A stretch of 61,833 nucleotides of DNA, the filler included. It is 9 parts of 9 records of this genome, joined end to end, with 100 filler letters (N's around TTAATTAATTAA, not from the genome) between each part and the next. Parts side by side here need not be neighbours in the genome. Positions count along the whole stretch, not along the records: positions 17,505 to 27,014 come from SRR15195285_188; positions 27,115 to 31,295 come from SRR15195285_190; positions 31,396 to 37,636 come from SRR15195285_193; 6 more parts are not named here. One strand, given 5' to 3'. Under the pieces are notes generated by a model that worked only from the letters and a program-made list of their open reading frames with translations, was not told the origin of the DNA and did not search any database. Shown piece by piece: positions 24,301-34,821 of this stretch (positions are counted from its first letter, which is position 1; the number at the start of each line of letters is the position of its first letter). The translations under genes were made by a program, and so were the position numbers.

Positions 24301-27014
24301 CTCGTTATTGAATTCGTCGCGAGGCTGAACTGTGAACGAGGTCGCAATGCCAACTTGTGCAGAAGATAGCCCATCGCCAGCTACTATGCAGTTGGGTGCG
24401 TATGCATCGGCTGGAACGACCACAAAATTTGCCACGAGCACCTGGACTTGGTTTACCGTTGCTGTCAAAGTGTACTCGCCCGCAATCTCAGCAGTACTAG
24501 TCGCCAGATAGACTCCTGTACCCTTGTCGTCCACATCATCTGTTGTCGCCGCAACACCTACCGTACTGACAGAGACGGCAGCACCACCTTCCGTCTGTGC
24601 GTTGCCATATGCATCATAAGTCCGTAGTCGTACGATCGCGTTGCGGCCAGCAGTTACTGTTGCTGAGTTGAGCTCCGCCACGGAGTGCTCAGGGCTCATC
24701 GGACCAGGTGAAATGACGGCGCTGATCGCACCGGTGGAAGTCCCATTGTATGTCACATCGGCGCGGAACATACCAGCATTTTTTGGAGTGTAATTGATGT
24801 GAAACAGCCCATCGGCAAAGGCAACACTGTCCACTTTTAAACCACTGGCCGATGCTGCGAGATATTCTTCGTCCTTCATGGATGCGGATGTGATCACATT
24901 ATTGAATTCGTCCCTCAACTGCACCTGGATCACCAGTGCAGTCCCCGCGGTCCCTGCATCGGGAGCTGAAGCAACGCTGGCAGTCGCTGAGGCTTCTGCG
25001 GGCTCAACCGTCCGTGAGAGAGTTTTCACAGCTACACCATCCAACATCATTTGCAAATCGTACTCTCCTGCGACGAATGCCACGAAAGTGACGTCGTACA
25101 GGCCGCCAGATGGCAGCGAGATGTCGTAGTTGATGCTACCTGGGGAGTTATCTGTCACCGCAATCTGGAATGTTGCATCCGACGTGTCGACCAGCAAACC
25201 TTTGTCATCTCTTGCTTCCAACACAAACGCAGATTCCTCGCCAGCCGTAATTGAACCCGACGAGGGCGCTACAATCGTGCATGTTGACACCGCGCCTACT
25301 GCCTGCTCAATTTGTATCGATGTCGAACCACTCTCGATGCCTGTCACGGGCACCTGCTCACCGTTCACGGAGAAAACAGCAGTCCATGTTCCAGCAACTT
25401 CATACTGCATTGCTATGTAGTATCGGCCAGCATTGTCACCGTTGCAAGCTCCTGGGTCACGCTCCGCACAGCTGGAACCCTCACCAACAAGTTCAAGTGC
25501 ATTGCCATCCACAATTTCTGTTGAATGCGTGGCAGTCATACCAATTGACTCGTCGGTTGACTCGGACCGAACATTGCCATACTGGTCTTTGACCAGTACA
25601 TAAGCGTACAACACTTCAGCTTCCCGGTCGTTGGCAGCACTAAGCCCGCCACGCCAGCCCTCGCCTTCCACTACGCTGGTGGACGCACTCGATGACACCC
25701 CAGGGGCAACAATCGCGCTTAGCGATTCTCCAACTTGGGTGTCACCGAGGAAAACACTCAATGTGTAAGAACCGCTCAGTGTGGGTAAATATGATCCTGA
25801 GAAACAGTACGCATCTCCACAAGCTACCATGTCTGCCGACACGGACGTGTCGGCGAATACTCGTTCTCGTCCAATCTCGGTTGCAGCGGCAACAGAAAAG
25901 ACCCTGTTATCCATCCCAGCCATCTCCGTTACTAGGTTTCCGTAGGGGTCAAAAGGAACGATCGAAAATTCGCGTTCAACTCCGGCGTTAGTGTCGAGAA
26001 TCTGACTGTCAGGATTGACCTGGGATCCCAGGGCAGATGCAATGTCACCAACGACCTCTACCAGCAAATCCTCGCCGACCTGAGCTTCCTGTCGGTCAAG
26101 CTGGATAGCGAGTGTATATGGGCTTGTGTCATCGGCTCTAGAAAATGCATACAAAACTGAGAATGTCCCGTCCTGATTGTTGACTGTACAGATCTGATCA
26201 GGTTGAACCGCCACGCTAGCGGGGCACCACATGCTAGCGATTTCAACAGAGCCTGCTGTGGCTACCGCAGAAAATTGTTCCTGCTCTGCCAGCGGGTCGA
26301 AGACTGGTGCGTTGCCATATGAGTCACGGAGCGTCAACGTTACGCTTCCAACATAGCCAGCAACTAGGCTCTCTGTGTGCGAGCTTAAAGAAATGCCGCT
26401 TGCGTCTGGGCGCGCAGCAATAATCGAACGAACGTACTCTCCTCCAGAGACGGGCGTGCTATCCAGCGCAACAGAAATTTGGTAATCGCCAGCTGTCTCG
26501 AGCGAAAACTGCGTCGTATATGAACCATCGCCCAAATCCTGCACCTCGGGCGCGGTCAAGTCAGCTCCAGCTGGACCAGAGGCGAACGCAAGCACGAAGG
26601 ACTCGCCACCCTCTACACAGTCGGACCCAAATCGATCACGTGCAATGATGACTAAGGCAGCTGGCTCGCCAGCAGTCCCTGACGCGGCCGTGCCTGGTCC
26701 CTCCATCGTGCTCTTCAGAGCACTGGCGGGACCAGGTGCGACTACTATCGTCTCTTCCGATACTTCGTTCATGCCTAACATGATCGACATAACGTATTCC
26801 GCAGGAGCTCCGTTGATAGAGTATGCCACTTCGTAAACACCGTCACCTACATGGGCGATATCGATGTCTGCATTGTCAAGGCTGACCGTGAAGACAGCAC
26901 CAACGGAGCCTGGTGCGCGCCCGGTGATATCAAAGTTCTGGTTCCCGTACCGGTCCCGAGCAGTAATTGTAAAGCTATCAGAAACTCCGGCACGAGCGAC
27001 CACAGACAGGCCAT
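17505..27014 (-). CDS. Giant surface protein: tandem filamin-type Ig repeats + REJ (polycystin-1-like) module + GPS-like motif + Cys-rich repeats; partial at both ends
   Basis: Uninterrupted 9.5-kb ORF. Recurrent filamin-type AG...F...RD.YGN...D..DG.Y...Y...G.Y units (about 21400-27014). REJ-like ISGGDR..LDASES.DPD, YSWSC and NDLPSGG..P..G..T.....GWKD..PL.Y. GPS-like CKFWDGNSDEW near 18410-18450. Confidence 0.88.
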
Positions 27015-27114
27015 NNNNNNNNNNNNNNNNNNNNNNNNNNNNNNNNNNNNNNNNNNNNTTAATTAATTAANNNNNNNNNNNNNNNNNNNNNNNNNNNNNN
27101 NNNNNNNNNNNNNN
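27015..27114. other. Artificial contig-joining spacer
   Basis: 44 N + TTAATTAATTAA + 44 N. Confidence 0.99.
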
Positions 27115-27289
27115 GGAGTTGCTCACCCCTCCTTATTACCCCTGCTGATACCGGCCTTAGGCGAAGGGGGTGTTAAAATCAAATGATCTCCTGTCGCGAA
27201 GTCTGATCCGGTCGCCATGATCCCCTGCGCGCCGAAGAAGTCCCGTTGGGAGAAAAAGCGGACGTATTCTCCATAGCTCTCACGTCTCA

Positions 27290-27830
27290 GAGCTCTACAG
27301 GTGTACCGGTACTATGAATATAATGCAATTCACGGGATTACTATAGATCTAGCTAGTACTAGTACTTTACTTCCCAAGTACACTACAGTACAGTTGTAGA
27401 GTCAATAAACCCAGCCGTATTTTGCAGAGTGCATGTACTAAAATAGTACTATAGGTAGTAGCACAGTACACCCGTTCGATCCATGCCATGGCTACTAGTC
27501 CGGGTAGTGTACTATAAAGGTATACTGTGCTCTACCTCCATTCATACTAGTACATGTACTGTAGCTACAGTACATACGCTAACACATGTACGGTACGTAC
27601 ACGTACTAGTACACGTAGCGAGTATTCGGAGTACTAGACGTGTGCACCATGATCATGTATAATCATTAGACTACATTTTCGATCATCATTGTACTACAGC
27701 TGTACTAGATCTAGTACATCGAATCAAACCCTACAAAGGTACGGTATTCATACTCTAGCTATCATATTCGAATAGTACTGTAGTACTGTACTATGAATAT
27801 CATTCGAATAGTAGTATAGTACAGGAATCA
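27290..27830. promoter_or_regulatory. AT-rich, GTAC/CTAG palindrome-dense upstream tract
   Basis: Perfect palindromes ATGTACTGTAGCTACAGTACAT (27554-27575), TGTACTAGATCTAGTACA (27701-27718) and AGTACTAGTACT (27355-27366); ATTCGAATAGTA occurs twice. The regulatory role is inferred. Confidence 0.55.
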
Positions 27831-28083
27831 ATGAAATGCCAAATGACCAAAACGAAGACAGCAGCCGTTGACTGTGCCTCTGGAGACTTTGGGGGAGCGG
27901 TGGTGTTGCCAAGGTGTCGTGTTCGCGGCAGGTGGCGCCGGCCAACGCGGTGCTCTTGTCCATGTTTGTGCCAAGCTGGACCTGACACCGCTGCAACGCT
28001 GTCCGCCGTTGACCCGCCATTGGTTAACAAGAACGAGAACCGTACGCGTCCGCGCCATGCAAGGCAACTCAGCCACGACGAAA

Positions 28084-29334
28084 ATGGCTCGCTCATTCCT
28101 GGTCCGGGGCGACTGGGTGATGAAGCGGCCGACGCTCAAGCGCGATCCGCAGACAGGGATGGAGATAGACAACAAGGTGAAGTGGGACAAGAGATATGTT
28201 GTTCTGTCCGACACGAAGCCCCCAGCAATATACTGGTACAAAAATGATGCGGTGAGTGCTTCTTGTGCTGCAGCCACAGCCGCGCTGAAGCCGTCCAGGC
28301 TGGCCCCCATGAATACTCTTTTGCAATACGTTTAGACTAAGCACATCTGTGGGGGCTTTCAGCAATTTGGTACCAACAAGAAGCCACACGGTGAGATTGC
28401 CCTTGATCGGTCCAAAGTGGAGCTTATAATCGGCGATGAAACTCAAGTCGGTACCACGACTCTCAAGATCGTGGCACCGGAGCAGACGCTTATCCTACGC
28501 TTCAACAACGATCCCAAATCAGGAGGGAGGGAGCACTGTGGCACCCAGTGGTACGAAGCTATTGATGAACGGTGCGCGACGGGTGATGTGGTTGCTAATG
28601 CAATTACGATTCAGGCGAGGTTTCGTGCTCGCGGAGAGCAGAGGGAGTTCGAAGCAGCGAAAGCAAGCGTGACCAACATCCAGGCCCTGGCGCGAGGTAA
28701 GGCAACGCGTGAAAAGCTACAGCAAGAGTCCATGCCGTTTCGGATACAGCGGATCGTGAACGCAATGGATGCAGATGACAGCGGTACAGTGCATCTGACC
28801 GAGCTGGCGCAGTTTTTTGAGGTATTAGCGCTGCAAACTGGCACGCAAAAGGGCGACAAACCGAAGGTTCAAGCCCGGAAGATTGTGGCGAGGTTGACAA
28901 GAAGCGATGATGCAACGGAAGTCGATTCCGCCAAGCTCACAGATTTTTTGACACGAATGTTCGATACACCCAAGGGAGCGGTGCGGGTGGCAGGTATGGA
29001 AAAGGCAATGCTGATGCTACCGGTTAGAGCTCGCGTAATTATCGATCCAGATCCCCCCAAGAGAGCAAGCGTGGAGGCCTCGCTGATCGGGCAGAAAGGA
29101 GTATTGTTAGAGTATTACAACGATGAAAACTGGTGCTACGTAGCCCTGGATGGACCGGGCGAAGAGGCTTCCAGAAAAAAGGGTTTTCATACCGACGCGG
29201 TCAAGGAGGACCCAGATGCACCGTCCGTCAAGATATCTGAGGGCGTGCCGCCGAGTGGTGGCACAGCTGGCTCTGACTCCGATGATGACTACGAGGAAAT
29301 GGAAGAGGCAGAGGCTGTCGAAGATGATGATTAG
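28084..29334 (+). CDS. PH domain + two IQ motifs + EF-hand protein with acidic tail
   Basis: PH-like WVMKR...WDKRYVVL...YWYKN / KKPHGEIAL...QWYEAI joined by intron 28252-28362. IQARFRAR and IQALARGK motifs; EF loop DADDSGTVHLTE. Confidence 0.85.
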
Positions 29335-29513
29335 TAGTGAGTATGTTGCAGGATGGTACCTGCTGCGTACCTGCTGCTGGTACGTGAGCAGCTGTCACGG
29401 AATGGTACCCTTCAGCTGATCTACAAATGGTTGCAACAATTGCCTATACTGCGATGAATGCAAATGGTTAGCCCAACAGATATAATAAAGATGATTTGAT
29501 ATTCAAGAATGCG

Positions 29514-31079
29514 TTACAGCATCGGTGTGCCTATCGGTTGGGTCTCTTCGGTGATGCTCCAGCACACCACTACTACTGCAATCGCTAGTCCTTCCAACCC
29601 TCCAAATATCGGGTCTGGTTCCAACTGCCCACGGACTAACTCGGGGAAGATATCCCCTGTGACAAACGCCATGAACGCTGCGACTCCACCGATGATGACG
29701 ACAAATACCACTGAGCGTATCGGACCGATTTTCGTTCGGCCGAACGCTCGATGCAGGCTGGTTGGTAGGTATAAGAACCGGTGCTTTGTCACGCCGACGG
29801 TTTCATCGCCAAAGAGAGGAGCGGACGCCATCCAGACGTTGACGGTGACGCAGAAGCCAACCATGATATCTATCGTGTAGTGCCAGCGCTCAAAGGCGTA
29901 GCCAAACGTCACGACGATTAAAATCAACGTGAGAGGCAGCAGTAGCAATCGCGGCCAGCGCGGAGCACACGCAGCGCGCTGGCTCCAAAACAAGCAGACG
30001 GATGCTGCAACGATTGAGCCGTGCCCAGAGAACAGAAAGTCGCCACACGCGCCACCATTTCTGATACCATTCACCCCGAATTGTGTACGACAGGAGAGGT
30101 TGATCATCGGTAGACTGGTGCAACCAAAAAACAAAAGCCGTAGCAGGCGCAGAACCACGAGGGAAGTGATCAGCCGGTGGATGAAGGTGTACTCAGCATT
30201 GAATGCACCTCGCCAGACCAAGGTGGTCACCATGATGACCAAGCAGAGCCCAATGTTGATGAAATGGAACACGCGATGAATAACTTCGCCGATCCAGTGG
30301 TCTTTGAAAGGCCAGCAGCCTTGAGGGGTCCACGGGACATCGGACTGGCAGCTGGCAGCCGGTGCGCAATCTTGCTCAGGACACAGCTGCGGCCACAGCA
30401 TGTCGTGCAACGGGTCGGCAGAGCGATCTAACGCTAGTGATGTCTTTGATGCAAACTCCGCGCCTCGCGCTACTGCCAGATCTGCAATGAGGTCATCCAG
30501 TGCGGCGGCGGCAGCTGCAGTAGAGTGCGGGCTGGCATCCAGGTTCACTCGCAGCCTGCTGACCAACGCAGCGAGTTCCGGTTCCAGCATGGCGGGGCCG
30601 AGCTTCGTCCGCAAGCGCTCGAGCTTTGGCGCGTGTTGGTAGCTCTGTTTTGCCCTGCCAGGAGCAGCGTTGAACTTGCGCTTGCGGGATGACCCGCTGC
30701 CCCAGAGTTCTCGAAACAACACTGGCACCTGGGGTTGCATGTGCGTGAGGCCGAGCGCAGGGAGGCTCTGCGCAGTACGCTCTATCACCCAGCAGTCGCG
30801 GTATTCGACAGTGTAGTGGCTGTCCTCAAAATCGCGCTCGCGATCGGTGGGGGTAGAGACGTACGTCATCACAGCCACCTCGCACAGCAGCGCAGCGATC
30901 AGCAACAGGATGATGCCGGGGATGGTGGCAGCGCGTGGCTCCCACAGCCACGGCGGGCGCCGCGGGTGCGTATGCGAATGCTCGCCGGGCGTCTCAGGGT
31001 GTGAAGTGCTGCATTTGATAAGGAGGTCTGCAGGGGAGTGTGAGCGGCTTGTTGGCTGCGGTGCACTCCTAGAGACCAT
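29514..31079 (-). CDS. Sphingomyelin / inositolphosphorylceramide synthase-like protein (PAP2_C family)
   Basis: Catalytic-type motifs CGDFLFSGH and RWHYTIDI, an LR...F..TSLP motif and several hydrophobic helices. The exact 5' end is uncertain. Confidence 0.8.
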   Translation of the reverse strand: MVSRSAPQPTSRSHSPADLLIKCSTSHPETPGEHSHTHPRRPPWLWEPRAATIPGIILLLIAALLCEVAVMTYVSTPTDRERDFEDSHYTVEYRDCWVIERTAQSLPALGLTHMQPQVPVLFRELWGSGSSRKRKFNAAPGRAKQSYQHAPKLERLRTKLGPAMLEPELAALVSRLRVNLDASPHSTAAAAAALDDLIADLAVARGAEFASKTSLALDRSADPLHDMLWPQLCPEQDCAPAASCQSDVPWTPQGCWPFKDHWIGEVIHRVFHFINIGLCLVIMVTTLVWRGAFNAEYTFIHRLITSLVVLRLLRLLFFGCTSLPMINLSCRTQFGVNGIRNGGACGDFLFSGHGSIVAASVCLFWSQRAACAPRWPRLLLLPLTLILIVVTFGYAFERWHYTIDIMVGFCVTVNVWMASAPLFGDETVGVTKHRFLYLPTSLHRAFGRTKIGPIRSVVFVVIIGGVAAFMAFVTGDIFPELVRGQLEPDPIFGGLEGLAIAVVVVCWSITEETQPIGTPML

Positions 31080-31110
31080 CCTGGTGGAGTGAGGAACGGG
31101 TACGCGTACT

Positions 31111-31130
31111 GCGTACTAGATCTAGTACGC
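31111..31130. repeat. Perfect 20-bp palindrome just upstream of the synthase ATG
   Basis: GCGTACTAGATCTAGTACGC, sharing its 16-bp core with 27701-27718. Confidence 0.9.
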
Positions 31131-31295
31131 CGCGCGCCGTTCGTACGCGCCCCGGCGCGCCGCCGCGTGCCGCGCCTTGCTTGTGCCGGCGCGCCCGGCG
31201 GACGCAGGTAGGGGTGGCAGACTGACCCGTAGGATCATATTGGACCATCAACGAATTCGTCTGTATTGAATCGTCACTGGTTCTGTCATGCAGCA

Positions 31296-31395
31296 NNNNN
31301 NNNNNNNNNNNNNNNNNNNNNNNNNNNNNNNNNNNNNNNTTAATTAATTAANNNNNNNNNNNNNNNNNNNNNNNNNNNNNNNNNNNNNNNNNNNN
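31296..31395. other. Artificial contig-joining spacer
   Basis: 44 N + TTAATTAATTAA + 44 N. Confidence 0.99.
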
Positions 31396-31765
31396 ACGTG
31401 TGCAATGCACACGCGTCGGGTGGGAACTGGCGTAGTCTTGTCTATATCTGCATTGTTTTTCACGTACATATGTATTTGTATACACATTATATTGCATAAT
31501 ACGTGGGTCCCGACCGACAGCTGGCTCGCCTTGGGGGAGGCGCACTTGGGAGAGGCGGTGACACGTGGCTGTTACACTTGTCGAAGGCGCGGCCACAACC
31601 CACAAGGGGCGATAGCTGGGAAGGCTCGGCGGCTTGACGCGACGTCTTTGAGGGGTCGGTTTTTGGGGGGGTGGTTTGGGCGGTTCTGAGCGGCACGTGC
31701 AGGAGGGGGCGGACAAGGAAGTTGGCCCTTGCGGGCAGCAACAACACGCAAGAACTGGGGACTGA

Positions 31766-33415
31766 ATGCGCGTCGGGGCGGTGGGTGGCGTGCTCACGCT
31801 CTGGGTGGTGCTGCTTGCGAGCTTCACCTCGGAAGGCGGGGCGCAGGGGACGCGCTCCTCCGACCACGGCAGCAACACGTGCCGGTACGCGAATGATGGG
31901 GAGTGCGACGACGAAGAAACCGGCACCGGAGCGTGCTTGCCCAACACGGACACTTCGGACTGCGAGCGGCAGCACTCGTGCGCCTACGCGCACGACGGGG
32001 AGTGCGACGAGCCCGGCTGGGGGGCTGGGGGCCGCTGCGAGTCAGGCACGGACAGTGACGACTGCTGCCCGCCTCACGCCCACACGGCGGCGAATCGCAT
32101 GCAATGCGCGTGCAACGCCAATTACCACGTGGATCGTGCCGCGCAGCAGTGCCGGCCCGGGAGTCCGTCGCCGGCCCCGGCGAGCGTAAGCCGCCAGGAG
32201 TGCGACCAGCGTTGCCAAGAGCTCGAGGACGCCGAGGCAGTCGAGCTGTGCCACGACGACTGCCAGTTGAACGATGCCAATCACAATCCGATCGTAGCCC
32301 TCGTCGTGATGATCGCCCTGATGGGCATCCTGTTCTTCCCGTGCATTGTGTTCGGCATCGCCCACACGTGCTGTATCCGGGACCAGCGCAAGGACGGCCG
32401 GCAACCGGTTCCGCAAGCGTGGACGATCTGTACCTCCCTGTTCGTCACCGCGCTGCTATGCACGTGGTTCCCGGTGATTTCGATCCTGTGGCTCATCCTG
32501 CCATTCTGCATGGTGGCGCCGTTCTGCTTCGATCAATGCTGTAAGTCCTGTGCGCATCCTCCCAGCGCCGTCGACTCCCTAGTGTCTCGACTCACGCCTA
32601 GAACTGTGTCTCGGGTGGCCAGACGAGGACATTGGCGAGGGTACGCCCGGATACAGAGCAGAGGCCAGGCGACAGGGACAGCGCGAAGCCGCGAGGCGCG
32701 AGCGGACCCGGAGGGATAACAACGACGTTTCGGTTGTGGCTATGGCAGTGCACGCCGTCCCAGTGCACGCCACCCCAATACAGGCCACTCCGGTGGTGGC
32801 GCAAGCGATTGTGGCATCGCCACTGCCTGCTTCACAGGGTACGTCATCATCCCGGACATCCAACCCACTATCGATTGGGACCGCGAGAATCGCCCCGAGC
32901 TCTGCGGCATCACCAGTGGTTGCCTCGGCGATGCCGGCTGGCGAGTCGGCAGAGGTCGGCGTCGCGGCGACCTTCGAGGTCGAGGACGACTTCGATGACC
33001 CCGATGACGACAGCTTTTCCACTTCCACACTCGCGGCACCGGCCGCAGCATCTTCTTATCTAGCGCCCCAATCCAAGCTGTATGAATTTCTGGCGGCAAA
33101 CCAGCTGGAGAAGTTTGAGGAGCAGTTGCGCACCCTGGGTGCCGTCGACGTGCCTGATCTACGCGAGCTGGGAGAGGTAGGTGCTTCATTCAGGATCCCG
33201 CGCTCTCCCAACATACTGCAGCTTCATTTCGTCGGCGTTTGCCTGCCACGACTGTTCAGTGTGCTACCCAACCAACCCGGTCAATCCGTTGCGAGCTTGT
33301 CTCTGAGGCCTGGTGTGGTGTCGCGCAGGAGGATATGGTGGGGGTGGGCATGAAGTCCCTTGAGATTAAGCGTATGCGGCGGGGTCTGGCCGCTCTAAGC
33401 CAAAATGATGTTTGA
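31766..33415 (+). CDS. Membrane protein: signal peptide, two LNR/Notch-like Cys-Asp repeats, 2-3 TM helices, C-terminal SAM-like domain
   Basis: CxYAxDGECD...C...TDxxDC occurs twice. Introns 32541-32622 and 33177-33328 give LYEFLAANQLEKFEEQLRTLGAVDVPDLRELGE-EDMVGVGMKSLEIKRMRRGL (SAM-like). Confidence 0.78.
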
Positions 33416-33564
33416 GGGGGCACAGGCTGCTAGTTTAGTGCTCGGAGTAGAATGCAGGTTGAGCACAGAGGCGGTGATGAAGACCGTGTACAAATTCATC
33501 CGTGTTTCTAAACTGTGTTGGTGGGAGCTAACCTCTGGAAGGGCGCACGCGAGGACAGTCCGGC

Positions 33565-34164
33565 TCAGCCCATCCGACGCTCGCGCTCGATCACTTCCGG
33601 CGAGAACTTGACGATGATGAAAGTCCGCGGCGGATAACTGCCGTCCTCGTTGTCCACGGACTGGGCCGACACTTCGGCTGGAAACTCAGCTCCGTCTAGA
33701 CAACCCTGCACGATGCCTGCCAAGAACGCACCGCAATTGAGTTGTCCTCCCATCTCAGCGGGCACCGAGATAAATGTGTTGACCAGTGGCTTCGCGTCAA
33801 TCATGTAGTATTCGCCCTCATTCTCCACCGACTTCTGGATATCATCGGCTGGCTTTCCAAATAGACTCTTCCACACAGTGTTCTGGATGAAACTCAAGAC
33901 CTGGAGCACGCGGATTTCGCGCCGCCCATTCCGCTCACGCCCGCCTCGCTCTCGCCACGTCGACAGCTCGAGAGTGCGGCTCCCGACCCTGTGGCCGAGC
34001 CGCTCAAGCTTCTTTTCCAGGTCAGCCAGCGTCTCGGCACGGTCGCGACAGTACTGAACCATCTCGCCGAACAGAAAGGCAAACGAGCTGAGTGAGGTCT
34101 CCGCACGCCGCTTATCCAGGGAGCGGTCCAAAATGGACGAGTGCCGGGATCGGGCCGACGCCAT
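33565..34164 (-). CDS. TRAPPC5: TRAPP complex subunit 5 (Trs31)
   Basis: ILDRSL...SLSSFAFLFGEMVQYC, LGHRVG.R.LEL, VWKSLFGK.AD, PLVNTFISVP, LNCGAF.AGIV.G.L..A.FPA.V and C-terminal VIERE. Intronless. Confidence 0.96.
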   Translation of the reverse strand: MASARSRHSSILDRSLDKRRAETSLSSFAFLFGEMVQYCRDRAETLADLEKKLERLGHRVGSRTLELSTWRERGGRERNGRREIRVLQVLSFIQNTVWKSLFGKPADDIQKSVENEGEYYMIDAKPLVNTFISVPAEMGGQLNCGAFLAGIVQGCLDGAEFPAEVSAQSVDNEDGSYPPRTFIIVKFSPEVIERERRMG

Positions 34165-34821
34165 CGCCGCCTCCCCGCCCTACCTGCGTCCAAATACACA
34201 GCAGGCTACCGCCACACACTGACTCACACACACACACTACTGGCGGAATGCGTCACGCTTTAGACCCCGCCACCCATCCTGAAGGCAGATGCTACAGCGC
34301 TGTCAGTGTCCCCACGCAGCCCTCCCCCCACCAAGCCACCATGCTCCGCCACACCGCCGCCTCGTGCAGCAAAATACCGTCAAATCGAGTTGCGTCGTGA
34401 ATTCTAGTGAATACGCCGCGCATCGATGAATCCGATACGTCCGATAATCGGAGCTGCATGTCGCGGTTGTCGCGTCGGTACGATCGACATCGGACATGTA
34501 CTCGCGCGTACCGACCCTCGCGCGTCAGCGCCGCCGCCGCGCGCGCTGTTCGGGGCACCGACACCTCGCTGCACCGACATCGATGATGGGGAGCGCCACT
34601 CACTGCACAGCGGCGTGCTTACGGCCCTGTTGACCCGTCCCGTGGACACGCTCTGCGGCGTCGAGGAGTTCCAGTGAAAGCTCATCGCAGCGATTCGTTT
34701 GGCGCCACAACAGAGCTGAACAGCGCCACGCGGTATACACCCACCATCGATCCGACGATCAACATGCAACGAAATGACTAAGCGCCCAGCCACCAGGTAG
34801 CACGGTTGCAGGCGCTGCCGA

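Noticed and set aside
27290-27830. CRISPR-like or satellite array
   Set aside because: There is no constant repeat with unique spacers and no fixed period. It is reported as a palindromic tract instead.
34580-34720. Possible C/D-box snoRNA (ATGATGG ... CTGA) between TRAPPC5 and the ZIP gene
   Set aside because: Box C is mismatched, there is no clear terminal stem, and I could not identify an rRNA guide.
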